A DNA stretch of 39,360 bases from an uncultured bacterium (lineage in GTDB: Bacteria; Patescibacteriota; Minisyncoccia; Phycocordibacterales; GWA1-40-21), in NCBI GenBank assembly GCA_903831305.1, contig CAIKXE010000007.1:1-39360 (forward strand). The letters are read 5' to 3'. Positions 14,261 through 22,385 of this stretch are shown here, one piece after another. Both the position numbers and the translations under genes were made by a program. Position 1 is the stretch's first letter; every line of letters starts with the position of its first letter. The notes beneath the pieces were generated by a model. It worked only from the letters and a program-made list of their open reading frames with translations. It was not told the DNA's origin and searched no databases.

Positions 14261-14716
14261 TTATTTAAATAGTTCTTCTACCACCGCCTTCACATCATCA
14301 CCATTGGCCATTCCCTTAAATTCCTTCATCAAGGCTCCCATAAATTTACCCATACCGGCTTTGTCTGTGACATTTAGTTCCTCTTTTTTGGCCACTGCCA
14401 CTTTTTTGATTTCCTCCCGGCTCATCATCTGCGGTAAAAAAGACTCTAGGATTTTTAATTCGGCCGCTTCGTTTGCCACCAGGTCTAGTCTGTTACCTTT
14501 GGTGAATTGATCAATAGAATCTTTTCTTTGTTTGACCGCTCTTTTAATCACGGCAATGGCTTCATCATCTGTCAGTTCTTCTTGTGGCATCCGGCTGGTG
14601 GCCACTAACTCATTTGTAAAAGCAGATACTAACCCGCGAGTTACTAATAGCTTAAGGGCATCTCTTGCTAGCATAGCCTCTTTAACTTTATTTCGCATTT
14701 CTTGTTGTATGGACAT
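14261..14716 (-). CDS. yqeY: GatB/YqeY domain-containing protein
   Basis: 151 aa. Full-length resemblance to the YqeY family (..KEAMLARDALKL.., ..AVKQRKDSIDQF.., ..FLPQMMSREEI..). Confidence 0.85.
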   Translation of the reverse strand: MSIQQEMRNKVKEAMLARDALKLLVTRGLVSAFTNELVATSRMPQEELTDDEAIAVIKRAVKQRKDSIDQFTKGNRLDLVANEAAELKILESFLPQMMSREEIKKVAVAKKEELNVTDKAGMGKFMGALMKEFKGMANGDDVKAVVEELFK

Positions 14717-14774
14717 ATTTTTATGTTTAATTAATATATTTCTATTTTAGCACACAATATGGTAAAATGTCAGC

Positions 14775-15854
14775 ATGCAAATCATTTTAATAGTAATCTT
14801 GACTTTGGTTCTCGTCGCTCTCGTGGTTCTTATTTGGCTTAATATTAAAAACAAGAAACCTGAGGAAATCAAGAAGGATGATACCGGTTTGAATCTCATT
14901 TTACAGCAGATCAACGAGCTGAATCGCACGGTGGATAATAAGATGTCTGAGTCTTCCCGGAATATGAATGATTCTATTCGTAACCAGTTCAGTGAATCCG
15001 CCAAGTTGATCAAGGATGTGACCCAAGGCTTGACCAAGCTCGATGAGACGAACAAGCAAGTGGTTTCCTTTGCGGATCAGCTACAGTCCTTGCAAGATAT
15101 TTTGAAAAATCCTAAACAACGGGGGATACTCGGGGAGTATTATCTGGAGACTTTACTTAAAAACGTCTTGCCACCTGGCAGTTTTGAGATGCAATATAAG
15201 CTAGGGAAAGATGAAGAGGGTAATGACTTGATTCCGGATGCCGTAGTCTTTGTGAAAGAGAAAATCATCCCCGTGGACTCCAAGTTTTCTTTGGAAAATT
15301 ATAATAAAATAATTGAGCAAAAGGATCCGGTGGAAAAAGAAAAGCTGGAGAAACTGTTTGTAAATGATTTGAAGAATAGGATCGTGGAGACATCTAAATA
15401 TATTCAGCCGGGCAAAGGGACCATGGATTTTGCTTTTATGTTCATCCCGCATGAGGCTATTTATTATGATTTGTTGATTAACAAGATCGGGGCTTTGAAG
15501 GAGGAGACAGAAAGTTTGATCCAGCGTGCGGCCTCTAAATATAAAGTGATTATTGTCTCGCCAACTTCTTTCCTAGCTTATTTGCAGACGGTCTTGCAAG
15601 GGCTGAAAGCGATGCAGATTGAAGAATCAGCCAAGGATATAGTCAAGCGGGTGGGAGAACTCACGGTTCATTTGAAAAAGTATGCTGAGAAATATGACAA
15701 ACTGGGTAAGTCCTTAGTAACCGTGGTGAATCAATATTCAGAAGGATCTAAAGAATTTAAAAAGATTGATAAAGATATTGTGCGCATTACGGAAGGTGAA
15801 CAGGCCTTGGGCTATGAACCACTGGAGCTAGAAAAACCAGAAATGGAGGAATAG
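14775..15854 (+). CDS. rmuC: DNA recombination protein RmuC
   Basis: 359 aa with an N-terminal TM and a coiled coil. RGILGEYYLETLL, PDAVVF..IPVDSKF and FMFIPHEAIY are RmuC hallmarks. Confidence 0.9.
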   Translation: MQIILIVILTLVLVALVVLIWLNIKNKKPEEIKKDDTGLNLILQQINELNRTVDNKMSESSRNMNDSIRNQFSESAKLIKDVTQGLTKLDETNKQVVSFADQLQSLQDILKNPKQRGILGEYYLETLLKNVLPPGSFEMQYKLGKDEEGNDLIPDAVVFVKEKIIPVDSKFSLENYNKIIEQKDPVEKEKLEKLFVNDLKNRIVETSKYIQPGKGTMDFAFMFIPHEAIYYDLLINKIGALKEETESLIQRAASKYKVIIVSPTSFLAYLQTVLQGLKAMQIEESAKDIVKRVGELTVHLKKYAEKYDKLGKSLVTVVNQYSEGSKEFKKIDKDIVRITEGEQALGYEPLELEKPEMEE

Positions 15855-15898
15855 TTTTTTATAAGCGAGTAGAAATTGGCATGTTATACTGAACCAGT

Positions 15899-16570
15899 AT
15901 GAAGCAGATACGAGAAATATACAAAAGAACCGGGAAGCTACACCACGCTTATGGTATTTTAGGTCAGCGGGAAATGGTGCGGGATGAGATTTTTTCCTTT
16001 TTAATTAAGGATTTGAAATTTCCAGTAACTAATAATCCTGATTTTTGGCAAGGGGAGTTTAATGTTTTTAAAATTGATAACAGTCGGGATCTAAATGAAT
16101 CACATCTAAAATTACCTATAAAATATGACAAGAAGGTTTTTGTCATCTCGGCTAATTTTATAACTAAGGGAGCGCAGAATTCTTTATTAAAAATCTTTGA
16201 GGAACCACGGGCGGATACCATTTTCTTTTTACTTCTACCAGCTGACGCTGAATTATTGCCGACCTTAAAATCTCGTTTGATTTTTGGTAGTTATGGGGTA
16301 GAGGAGAAAAAACAAGGAGCAGAGGAGTTTTTGAGTGCTAAAATAGGGAAGAGAATGGATCTAGTTGCTAAAATCTTGAAGGATATAAAGGATGAAAAGC
16401 TAACTAAGGCCGATGCTATAAGTTTCGTAAAAAATATTGAAGTTGTCTTAAGTCAAGAAAAGAAAAAAGATTTATCAGTAATAAAAGAATTAGAAAGAGC
16501 TATCAGTTATTTAAATGATGAGGCCCCTTCCATCAAAGTGATTTTGGAACATCTGGCAATCACTGTATGA
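15899..16570 (+). CDS. holB: DNA polymerase III subunit delta' (compact)
   Basis: 223 aa. LHHAYGILG and GAQNSLLKIFEEPRADTIFFLL (clamp-loader sensor region). Confidence 0.75.
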   Translation: MKQIREIYKRTGKLHHAYGILGQREMVRDEIFSFLIKDLKFPVTNNPDFWQGEFNVFKIDNSRDLNESHLKLPIKYDKKVFVISANFITKGAQNSLLKIFEEPRADTIFFLLLPADAELLPTLKSRLIFGSYGVEEKKQGAEEFLSAKIGKRMDLVAKILKDIKDEKLTKADAISFVKNIEVVLSQEKKKDLSVIKELERAISYLNDEAPSIKVILEHLAITV

Positions 16571-16616
16571 AATTTAGCGCTGGTCGTGCTATAATGGAAG
16601 TATCGTTTAATAGTAC

Positions 16617-16709
16617 GGAGAAGGTAAATATTTAATTTTAAAAGTCCTCGGGTCGGCCGGATGGGACGGCCTCAACCAGACATTTTAAAATCAAACATTT
16701 ACCTTCTCC
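16617..16709 (+). other. 93-nt extended stem-loop in the frr leader (candidate cis-regulatory RNA, unknown class)
   Basis: ggagaaggtaaat (16617-16629) pairs with atttaccttctcc (16697-16709). ttttaaaa (16636-16643) pairs with ttttaaaa (16683-16690). The GC-rich apex is gtc..ggccg-gatggga-cggcc..gac. It is preceded by TGcTATAAT (16587-16595) and ends 15 nt before the frr ATG. Confidence 0.4.
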
Positions 16710-16724
16710 TAAAAGAGAAAAAAC

Positions 16725-17276
16725 ATGCAATACGATTTTACAAAACTTAAGAATAAAATAAAGGAAACTGAAGATTGGATCAAGAAAGAATACACCGGTA
16801 TCCGGACGGGTATGGCTTCCCCGCAGCTACTTGATGGTATTGTCGTGGAGAGTTATGGTCAGCGGATGCCCTTGAATCAAGTGGGTTCGGTTTCTATCTC
16901 AGATCCTAAATCTCTTTTGGTAACCCCATGGGATGCATCACAGGTAAAGGCTGTGGAGAAAGCTATCACGGTGGCCAACCTAGGCGTGTCACTGAAGACG
17001 GATGAAAAGAGCGTGCGGGTATTTTTCCCTGAGCTTACCTCTGAGCGCCGAGAGATGCTTATAAAGCTAGCTAAAGAAAAACTGGAGCATGGCAAGGTGA
17101 CCTTGCGAGCAGTCCGGGATGAAGTGGTCAAAGATATTGAGGCCAAGGAAAAAGAAGGTGGTATGGGGGAAGATGATAAGTTCCGTTTTAAGGCTGAGAT
17201 GCAAAAGCTGGTGGATGGTGGTAATGCCACTCTGGAAGGAATATTAGTAAAAAAAGAAAAGGAGATAACTGGATAG
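16725..17276 (+). CDS. frr: Ribosome recycling factor
   Basis: 183 aa with full-length RRF similarity (..RTGMASPQLLD.., ..PLNQVGSVS.., ..PELTSERREMLIKLAK..). Confidence 0.95.
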   Translation: MQYDFTKLKNKIKETEDWIKKEYTGIRTGMASPQLLDGIVVESYGQRMPLNQVGSVSISDPKSLLVTPWDASQVKAVEKAITVANLGVSLKTDEKSVRVFFPELTSERREMLIKLAKEKLEHGKVTLRAVRDEVVKDIEAKEKEGGMGEDDKFRFKAEMQKLVDGGNATLEGILVKKEKEITG

Positions 17277-17301
17277 TTCCATTTACGAAAGAAACATTAT
17301 T

Positions 17302-18393
17302 ATGACCATAATTTTATTTTTAGTGGTATTAGCGGTTTTGATTTTTGTCCACGAACTGGGACATTTCTTGATTGCTAAAAAGTCAGGCATCCGAGTGGAT
17401 GAGTTTGCCATTGGTTTCCCACCGAAGATTTTTAGTTGGGTTCGGGGAGAAACAAAATATGTTTTAAATCTCATTCCGTTTGGTGGCTATGTCAAGATAT
17501 TTGGTGAGAACCCTGATGATGAATCTATGACCGGAACAGATAGCGCTAGAAGCTTTGTTAATGCTAAAAAATGGAAGCAAACGGCTGTCCTTTTGTCCGG
17601 TATTTCATTCAATGTCATATTTGCTTGGCTTCTGATTTCAATTTCTTTTATGTTTGGTTCTCTGGTGCCGGTGGGTGAACAGTCCGCACAATATTCTAAA
17701 TATATTATTGACCAAAGGGTGATTGTGACCCAAATTATGCCAGAATCACCAGCCGCCCTAGCCGGGCTTGTGACTGGTGATGGTATTATAAAAATCACGG
17801 CGGATAACATAAGCTTTGACCAGCCAAGCGTACAGAAGATACAGGAAGTTATTACTGGTGCTCATGGTTCAATAGTGTTGAATTATAAAAGGAGTGGTGT
17901 AGAAAAGTCAGAGGTGATCATTCCCAAGGAAATTGATGGAAAAAAGGTGATTGGTATCTATATGGAAAATGTGGGTTTGGTCAGGCTGAATCCCTTTCTC
18001 GCTTTGTGGGAAGGAGGAAAGCTGACAGCTGTTACTTTTAAGCAAGTGATTGTCGGATTGGTGACCTTTTTGGGACAGGCCGTGAGAGGCCAGGGTGATT
18101 TTACTCAGGTATCAGGCCCGGTCGGCATGGTGAATATGGTGGGGGATGCCGCCGCTTTTGGCCCAGCTTACTTTTTGGGTTTTGTGGCTTTTATTTCCTT
18201 AAACCTAGCTGTTATAAATCTTATGCCCTTTCCTGCGCTTGATGGTGGGCGAGTTTTGTTTGTATTAATTGAGGCTATTATCAGACGGCCAATCAAGCCT
18301 AAGATTGCCAATACCGTAAATGCTGTTGGTTTCTTTATCCTTATTTCACTAATGATTATCATCACTTATCGTGATATTATGAAGTTTTTCTAG
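17302..18393 (+). CDS. rseP: RIP metalloprotease RseP (site-2 protease, M50)
   Basis: HELGHF zinc motif, an internal PDZ-like segment, and NLMPFPALDGG. Confidence 0.9.
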   Translation: MTIILFLVVLAVLIFVHELGHFLIAKKSGIRVDEFAIGFPPKIFSWVRGETKYVLNLIPFGGYVKIFGENPDDESMTGTDSARSFVNAKKWKQTAVLLSGISFNVIFAWLLISISFMFGSLVPVGEQSAQYSKYIIDQRVIVTQIMPESPAALAGLVTGDGIIKITADNISFDQPSVQKIQEVITGAHGSIVLNYKRSGVEKSEVIIPKEIDGKKVIGIYMENVGLVRLNPFLALWEGGKLTAVTFKQVIVGLVTFLGQAVRGQGDFTQVSGPVGMVNMVGDAAAFGPAYFLGFVAFISLNLAVINLMPFPALDGGRVLFVLIEAIIRRPIKPKIANTVNAVGFFILISLMIIITYRDIMKFF

Positions 18394-18433
18394 CTAGTTT
18401 GCGGTTTGGCGCTAAATACGCTATTATACTTTT

Positions 18434-19690
18434 ATGTATCAATCAAAGCTTTTTAGCAAAACGCGTAAAGAGGCCCCAAAAGATGAGGTGAGTAAAAACG
18501 CCGAACTCTTAATCAAGGCTGGTTTTATTAACAAGGAAATGGCCGGGGTCTACTCCTATTTACCACTTGGTCTTCGAGTATTAAATAATATTAATAAAAT
18601 TATCCGTGAGGAGATGAACCGCTTAGGTAGCCAAGAAGTTTTTTTGACCTCTCTTCAAGAAAAGGAAAATTGGGAAAAGACTAATCGGTGGAGTGATGAA
18701 GTGGTGGACAATTGGTTTAAAACAAAATTAAAAAATGAGACTGAGTTGGGGTTGGCCTTTACGCACGAGGAAGCCTTGACGAGTCTGATGAAAAACCATG
18801 TTCGTTCTTATAAGGATTTACCTTTTAGTGCTTATCAGATTCAAACAAAGTTTAGAAACGAGGCGCGCGCTAAAAGTGGTATCATGCGTTGTCGAGAATT
18901 TCTGATGAAGGATATGTATTCTTTTTCTCGTGATGAAAAAGAGCATTTGGTCTTTTATGAAAAGGCCAAACAAGCATATGTTACTGTTTTTAAGCGGGTG
19001 GGCCTGGGTGAGAAGACACATTTGACTTTTGCTTCGGGTGGTAGTTTTTGCAAATATTCTCATGAATTTCAGACCGCTGCTGATACCGGTGAAGATCTTA
19101 TTTATTACAGCGCCAAAAATAAAATTGCTATAAATAAAGAGGTTTTAAATGCTGAAGTTTTAGGTGATTTAAAATTAGAACAAAAGGATCTACAGGAGCT
19201 GAAAGCCGTGGAGGTGGGTAATATTTTTACCTTAGGTATAAAATTTTCTGAGCCGTTGGGTTTGGTTTACCTTGATGAAGCTGGAGAAAAAAAACCGGTC
19301 TTTATGGGTTCATATGGTATTGGTCCCGGGCGTGTGATGGGGGCGGTGGTGGAGTCTTTAGCTGATGATAAGGGGATTGTTTGGCCCGTGGAGATTGCCC
19401 CTTTTAAAGTGCATTTGATTGAAATCGGAACTAGTGAGGATGTAAAGAAGGCCGCTCAGGATCTGTATAGTGAATTACAAAAGGCCGAGGTGGAGGTATT
19501 GTATGATGATCGGGATTTGCGCCCAGGTGAAAAATTTGCTGATTCAGATCTCCTGGGTATTCCCCTTAGAATAATTGTTAGTGAAAAGACTTTGATCAGC
19601 GGAGAATATGAGATCAAGGAAAGAGCCCTCGGTCAGGTCAATATGGTTAAAGAGATTGAGGTGGTTAATTTTGTTAAAAAATATAAATAA
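18434..19690 (+). CDS. proS: Proline--tRNA ligase (short form, 418 aa)
   Basis: Bacterial-type N-terminus (SKLFSKTRKEAPKDEVSKNAELLIKAGFI..AGVYSYLPLG), class II motifs (FRNEARAKSGIMRCREF, GSYGIGPGR) and a C-terminal anticodon-binding domain. Confidence 0.9.
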   Translation: MYQSKLFSKTRKEAPKDEVSKNAELLIKAGFINKEMAGVYSYLPLGLRVLNNINKIIREEMNRLGSQEVFLTSLQEKENWEKTNRWSDEVVDNWFKTKLKNETELGLAFTHEEALTSLMKNHVRSYKDLPFSAYQIQTKFRNEARAKSGIMRCREFLMKDMYSFSRDEKEHLVFYEKAKQAYVTVFKRVGLGEKTHLTFASGGSFCKYSHEFQTAADTGEDLIYYSAKNKIAINKEVLNAEVLGDLKLEQKDLQELKAVEVGNIFTLGIKFSEPLGLVYLDEAGEKKPVFMGSYGIGPGRVMGAVVESLADDKGIVWPVEIAPFKVHLIEIGTSEDVKKAAQDLYSELQKAEVEVLYDDRDLRPGEKFADSDLLGIPLRIIVSEKTLISGEYEIKERALGQVNMVKEIEVVNFVKKYK

Positions 19691-19695
19691 ACTGT

Positions 19696-20793
19696 ATGAC
19701 TGGTCAGCCAAGAAATAATATGCCAAATTTTTTCCGTCGGATGAAAGAAAAAATGAACAGACGTTTTTCCAATGATATTGGAATTGATTTGGGGACGGCA
19801 AATACCTTAGTTTATCTTGCTGGTAAGGGGATAGTGGTAAACGAGCCTTCAGTGGTGGCTTTAAACCAGAAGACTGGTCAAGTCGTGGCGGTTGGCGCAC
19901 AAGCTAAAGCCATGCTTGGCCGGACACCACCGCACATTGTTGCTGTCCGTCCTTTGGTTGATGGAGTAATCTCAGATTTTGAGGTGACGGAGGAGATGAT
20001 TGCTTATCTGGTAAAAAAAGCCGAGGAACTTTCACCCAAGCCTTTTGGTCCTCGCGTTGTGGTAGGTGTGCCTTCTGGTGTAACTAATGTGGAGATTCGT
20101 GCTGTCCGTGATGCTACTAAAAATGCGGGGGCGAGAGAAGTATATATTGTGGAGGAGCCGATGGCCGGAGCGATCGGTATTCGTCTGCCTATTAAGAGTC
20201 CGGTGGGTAGCATGATAGTGGATATAGGTGGGGGAACATCAGATATCGCCGTTATTTCTCTTGGAGGTATTGTCAAATCTAAAAACCTCCGTATTGCTGG
20301 TGATAAATTGAATAATGACATTATTGCTTATTTACGTGGTGAATTTAAAATTTTGATCGGTGAAAAGACCGCGGAGGAGATTAAAATCAGTGTGGGTTCC
20401 GTGATGCCAGAGGAGGCTCGTGAGGTGAGCATTAAGGGGCGGGATTTGGTGACTGGTTTACCTAGAGAGGTGATTATTACTGATGGTGATGTCCGTGAGG
20501 CGATGGCCCAGTCCATTGCTAATTTGGTAGAGTCTGTAAAAGAGGTGTTGGAAACCACGCCACCAGAAGTGATTGCCGATGTGATGCAGCGCGGAATATA
20601 TCTAGTGGGAGGTGGAGCGTTGATTCGGGGCTTGGATGTCTTGTTAAATCAAGAACTAAAGATCCCCGTGTATATTGCTAGTGACCCCCTGACCGCCATT
20701 GCTAGAGGAACCGGAATTATTTTGGAAAACCTAGACGAGTATATTGAGGTTCTAATTGAAAATGAAGATGAATTACCCCCTAAAAAGCAGTAA
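19696..20793 (+). CDS. mreB: Rod shape-determining protein MreB
   Basis: DIGIDLGTANTLVY, VVGVPSG, DIGGGTSDIAV and GIYLVGGGALIRGL. The true start may be one of the downstream ATGs (MPNFF.. or MNRRF..). Confidence 0.9.
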   Translation: MTGQPRNNMPNFFRRMKEKMNRRFSNDIGIDLGTANTLVYLAGKGIVVNEPSVVALNQKTGQVVAVGAQAKAMLGRTPPHIVAVRPLVDGVISDFEVTEEMIAYLVKKAEELSPKPFGPRVVVGVPSGVTNVEIRAVRDATKNAGAREVYIVEEPMAGAIGIRLPIKSPVGSMIVDIGGGTSDIAVISLGGIVKSKNLRIAGDKLNNDIIAYLRGEFKILIGEKTAEEIKISVGSVMPEEAREVSIKGRDLVTGLPREVIITDGDVREAMAQSIANLVESVKEVLETTPPEVIADVMQRGIYLVGGGALIRGLDVLLNQELKIPVYIASDPLTAIARGTGIILENLDEYIEVLIENEDELPPKKQ

Positions 20794-20812
20794 TTTTGCT
20801 GAACGAAAAAAG

Positions 20813-21559
20813 ATGGCTCGCCAGAAAGTTTTTGTCATTTCCTTTATTTTTATATTAGCCTTAATCATAATGCTGACAAGGCCAGTCCGGCAAATATTTT
20901 TTGCAATTGTGGAACCAGTTTGGAAATTTGAAAATATTATTTTAAATTCTAGTTTCTTTGAGTATTTTAAATTCAAGCAGACCTTGATTGATGAGAGATT
21001 AGCGATGGAACAAAAACTTTTTTTAGCTGGTAACCTATTAGCCATAAATACTAATCTGCAAGCGGAGAACGAAAATCTGAAGGACCTGCTGGGACGAAAG
21101 GATGTTAAAGCTGAAACTGTTTTGGCGGCGGTCTTGGTCAAGCCACCGCAGACACCGTATGATATGCTGACAGTAGATATTGGTACTGATTACGGGGTAA
21201 AAGTCGGTGATAAAGTACTTGCCAGTGCTAATGTTTTCATGGGTGAAGTGACTGAAGTATTTCCTCATTCTTCCAAGGTAACCCTATATTCTACTCCTGG
21301 ACGCAAGATGGCTGTTGCTTTAGGTGAGAGTGCTATCAGTGTGGAAGCCGTAGGGATGGGAGCGGGGAATTTTAGTATTTTTATTCCACGTGAGGTGGAG
21401 GTCAAGGAGGGGGATGTGATTATTATTCCCTCTATTACGACCAATGTGTTTGGGATTGTGGAGAAGATAAACTATAAGGATAACGATTCCTCCCAAACCG
21501 TATTATTTAAAAGCCCAGTAAATATTTCTGAGCTTAGTTTTGTGGAAATCATCTTATGA
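20813..21559 (+). CDS. mreC: Rod shape-determining protein MreC
   Basis: N-terminal TM, coiled coil (LQAENENLKDLL) and a beta-rich C-terminus. Follows mreB. I prefer the ATG at 20813 over 20756, which overlaps mreB. Confidence 0.75.
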   Translation: MARQKVFVISFIFILALIIMLTRPVRQIFFAIVEPVWKFENIILNSSFFEYFKFKQTLIDERLAMEQKLFLAGNLLAINTNLQAENENLKDLLGRKDVKAETVLAAVLVKPPQTPYDMLTVDIGTDYGVKVGDKVLASANVFMGEVTEVFPHSSKVTLYSTPGRKMAVALGESAISVEAVGMGAGNFSIFIPREVEVKEGDVIIIPSITTNVFGIVEKINYKDNDSSQTVLFKSPVNISELSFVEIIL

Positions 21560-21819
21560 AAAGAGTAATTTTTAATGTTTTGCTTTTTTTATCCATTGTT
21601 GTGTGCCCGTGGTGGGTGAGTGTGGTCTTGGGTATATTTACTCTTTATTATTTTAAGTTTTTCAATGAGATTATCCTTTACGGTCTATTAATGGATATTT
21701 TGTATGGCAAATTATCAGTGGTTTTTAGCTTGTGGAACTACCGGTTCACCCTTTTCTTTGCAGTCCTTTTACTGTCATCTTTTTATCTCAAAAAAGGTCT
21801 GAAGTTTTATAGTAAATAG
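21556..21819 (+). CDS. mreD: MreD-like small membrane protein
   Basis: 87 aa with 3 hydrophobic segments. ATGA overlap with mreC. The call is by position only, and it is about half the usual MreD length. Confidence 0.5.
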   Translation: MKRVIFNVLLFLSIVVCPWWVSVVLGIFTLYYFKFFNEIILYGLLMDILYGKLSVVFSLWNYRFTLFFAVLLLSSFYLKKGLKFYSK

Positions 21820-21821
21820 CG

Positions 21822-21876
21822 AAATACCAAGGCTAGGCCTTGTGAATACCCAAGGCCTAGCCTTGGTATTTTCTGC
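21822..21876 (+). terminator. Strong intrinsic terminator after mreBCD
   Basis: Perfect 20-bp stem aaataccaaggctaggcctt/aaggcctagccttggtattt with a 10-nt loop, followed by a T-rich tail. Confidence 0.75.
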
Positions 21877-21905
21877 TTGACTTTTGAACCATAGTATGCT
21901 ATACT
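21877..21905 (+). promoter_or_regulatory. Near-consensus sigma70 promoter
   Basis: TTGACT (21877-21882), 17-nt spacer, TATACT (21900-21905). Confidence 0.55.
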
Positions 21906-21952
21906 TGTCAATGGATACGAAACCGTTGTTATTTCAGAGAAAGGGTTGAGCC

Positions 21953-22093
21953 ATGATGGACATTCTCACTCGTTGGAGTGACGGTGTGAGAGACACCGTG
22001 GATAGAATGGTGTGCCGATATCTGATGGCACGCGTGGTGGGGATTTTTATTCTCACCGGAATGTTTCTCCTCGGTTGCTGGTTGGGATGCTGA
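21953..22093 (+). CDS. Candidate 46-aa small membrane protein (below the ORF-track length cutoff)
   Basis: Manual translation: MMDILTRWSDGVRDTVDRMVCRYLMARVVGIFILTGMFLLGCWLGC. AAAGGG lies 7 nt upstream of the ATG, and a consensus promoter lies about 48 nt upstream. It has a C-terminal TM helix. Competing antisense ORFs exist. Confidence 0.4.
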   Translation: MMDILTRWSDGVRDTVDRMVCRYLMARVVGIFILTGMFLLGCWLGC

Positions 22094-22131
22094 GGCATCA
22101 CCAGACAACCCTCGTAACCCCCGTTTTGCAC

Positions 22132-22344
22132 TTAGTGCAGATCGGGGGTTAGCTTTGACCATTTTTCTTCCCCTTTCTCCGCCTTTTCTAAGGAGGTGAG
22201 CTTGGGCAAGGGACCCAAGCGCAAGACCTTGAACGTTTTGTATTCAAAAGGTGAAAGGTGTACAGCTTCTGTAAGAAGGGGCGAGTCTGCGAGGGGAGGT
22301 GGTGCAAGGTTGCCTTTTCCTAAAACTAGTGTAATATAATTCAC
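22132..22344 (-). CDS. Hypothetical 70-aa ORF (uncertain; a competing + strand TTG-start ORF exists)
   Basis: GTG start with AGGGG 6 nt upstream. On the + strand, AAGGAGG-5 nt-TTG opens a 45-aa basic ORF over the same DNA. The sequence alone cannot decide between them. Confidence 0.25.
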   Translation of the reverse strand: MNYITLVLGKGNLAPPPLADSPLLTEAVHLSPFEYKTFKVLRLGPLPKLTSLEKAEKGEEKWSKLTPDLH

Positions 22345-22385
22345 ATCAAACCCCTGGTGTTAATCACCGGGACATTTAATGTTAT

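Noticed and set aside
16617-16709. frr-leader hairpin as SRP (4.5S) RNA or as an intrinsic terminator
   Set aside because: It lacks the conserved SRP domain IV motifs (GGAA tetraloop region) as I recall them. No U-tract follows the stem on either strand.
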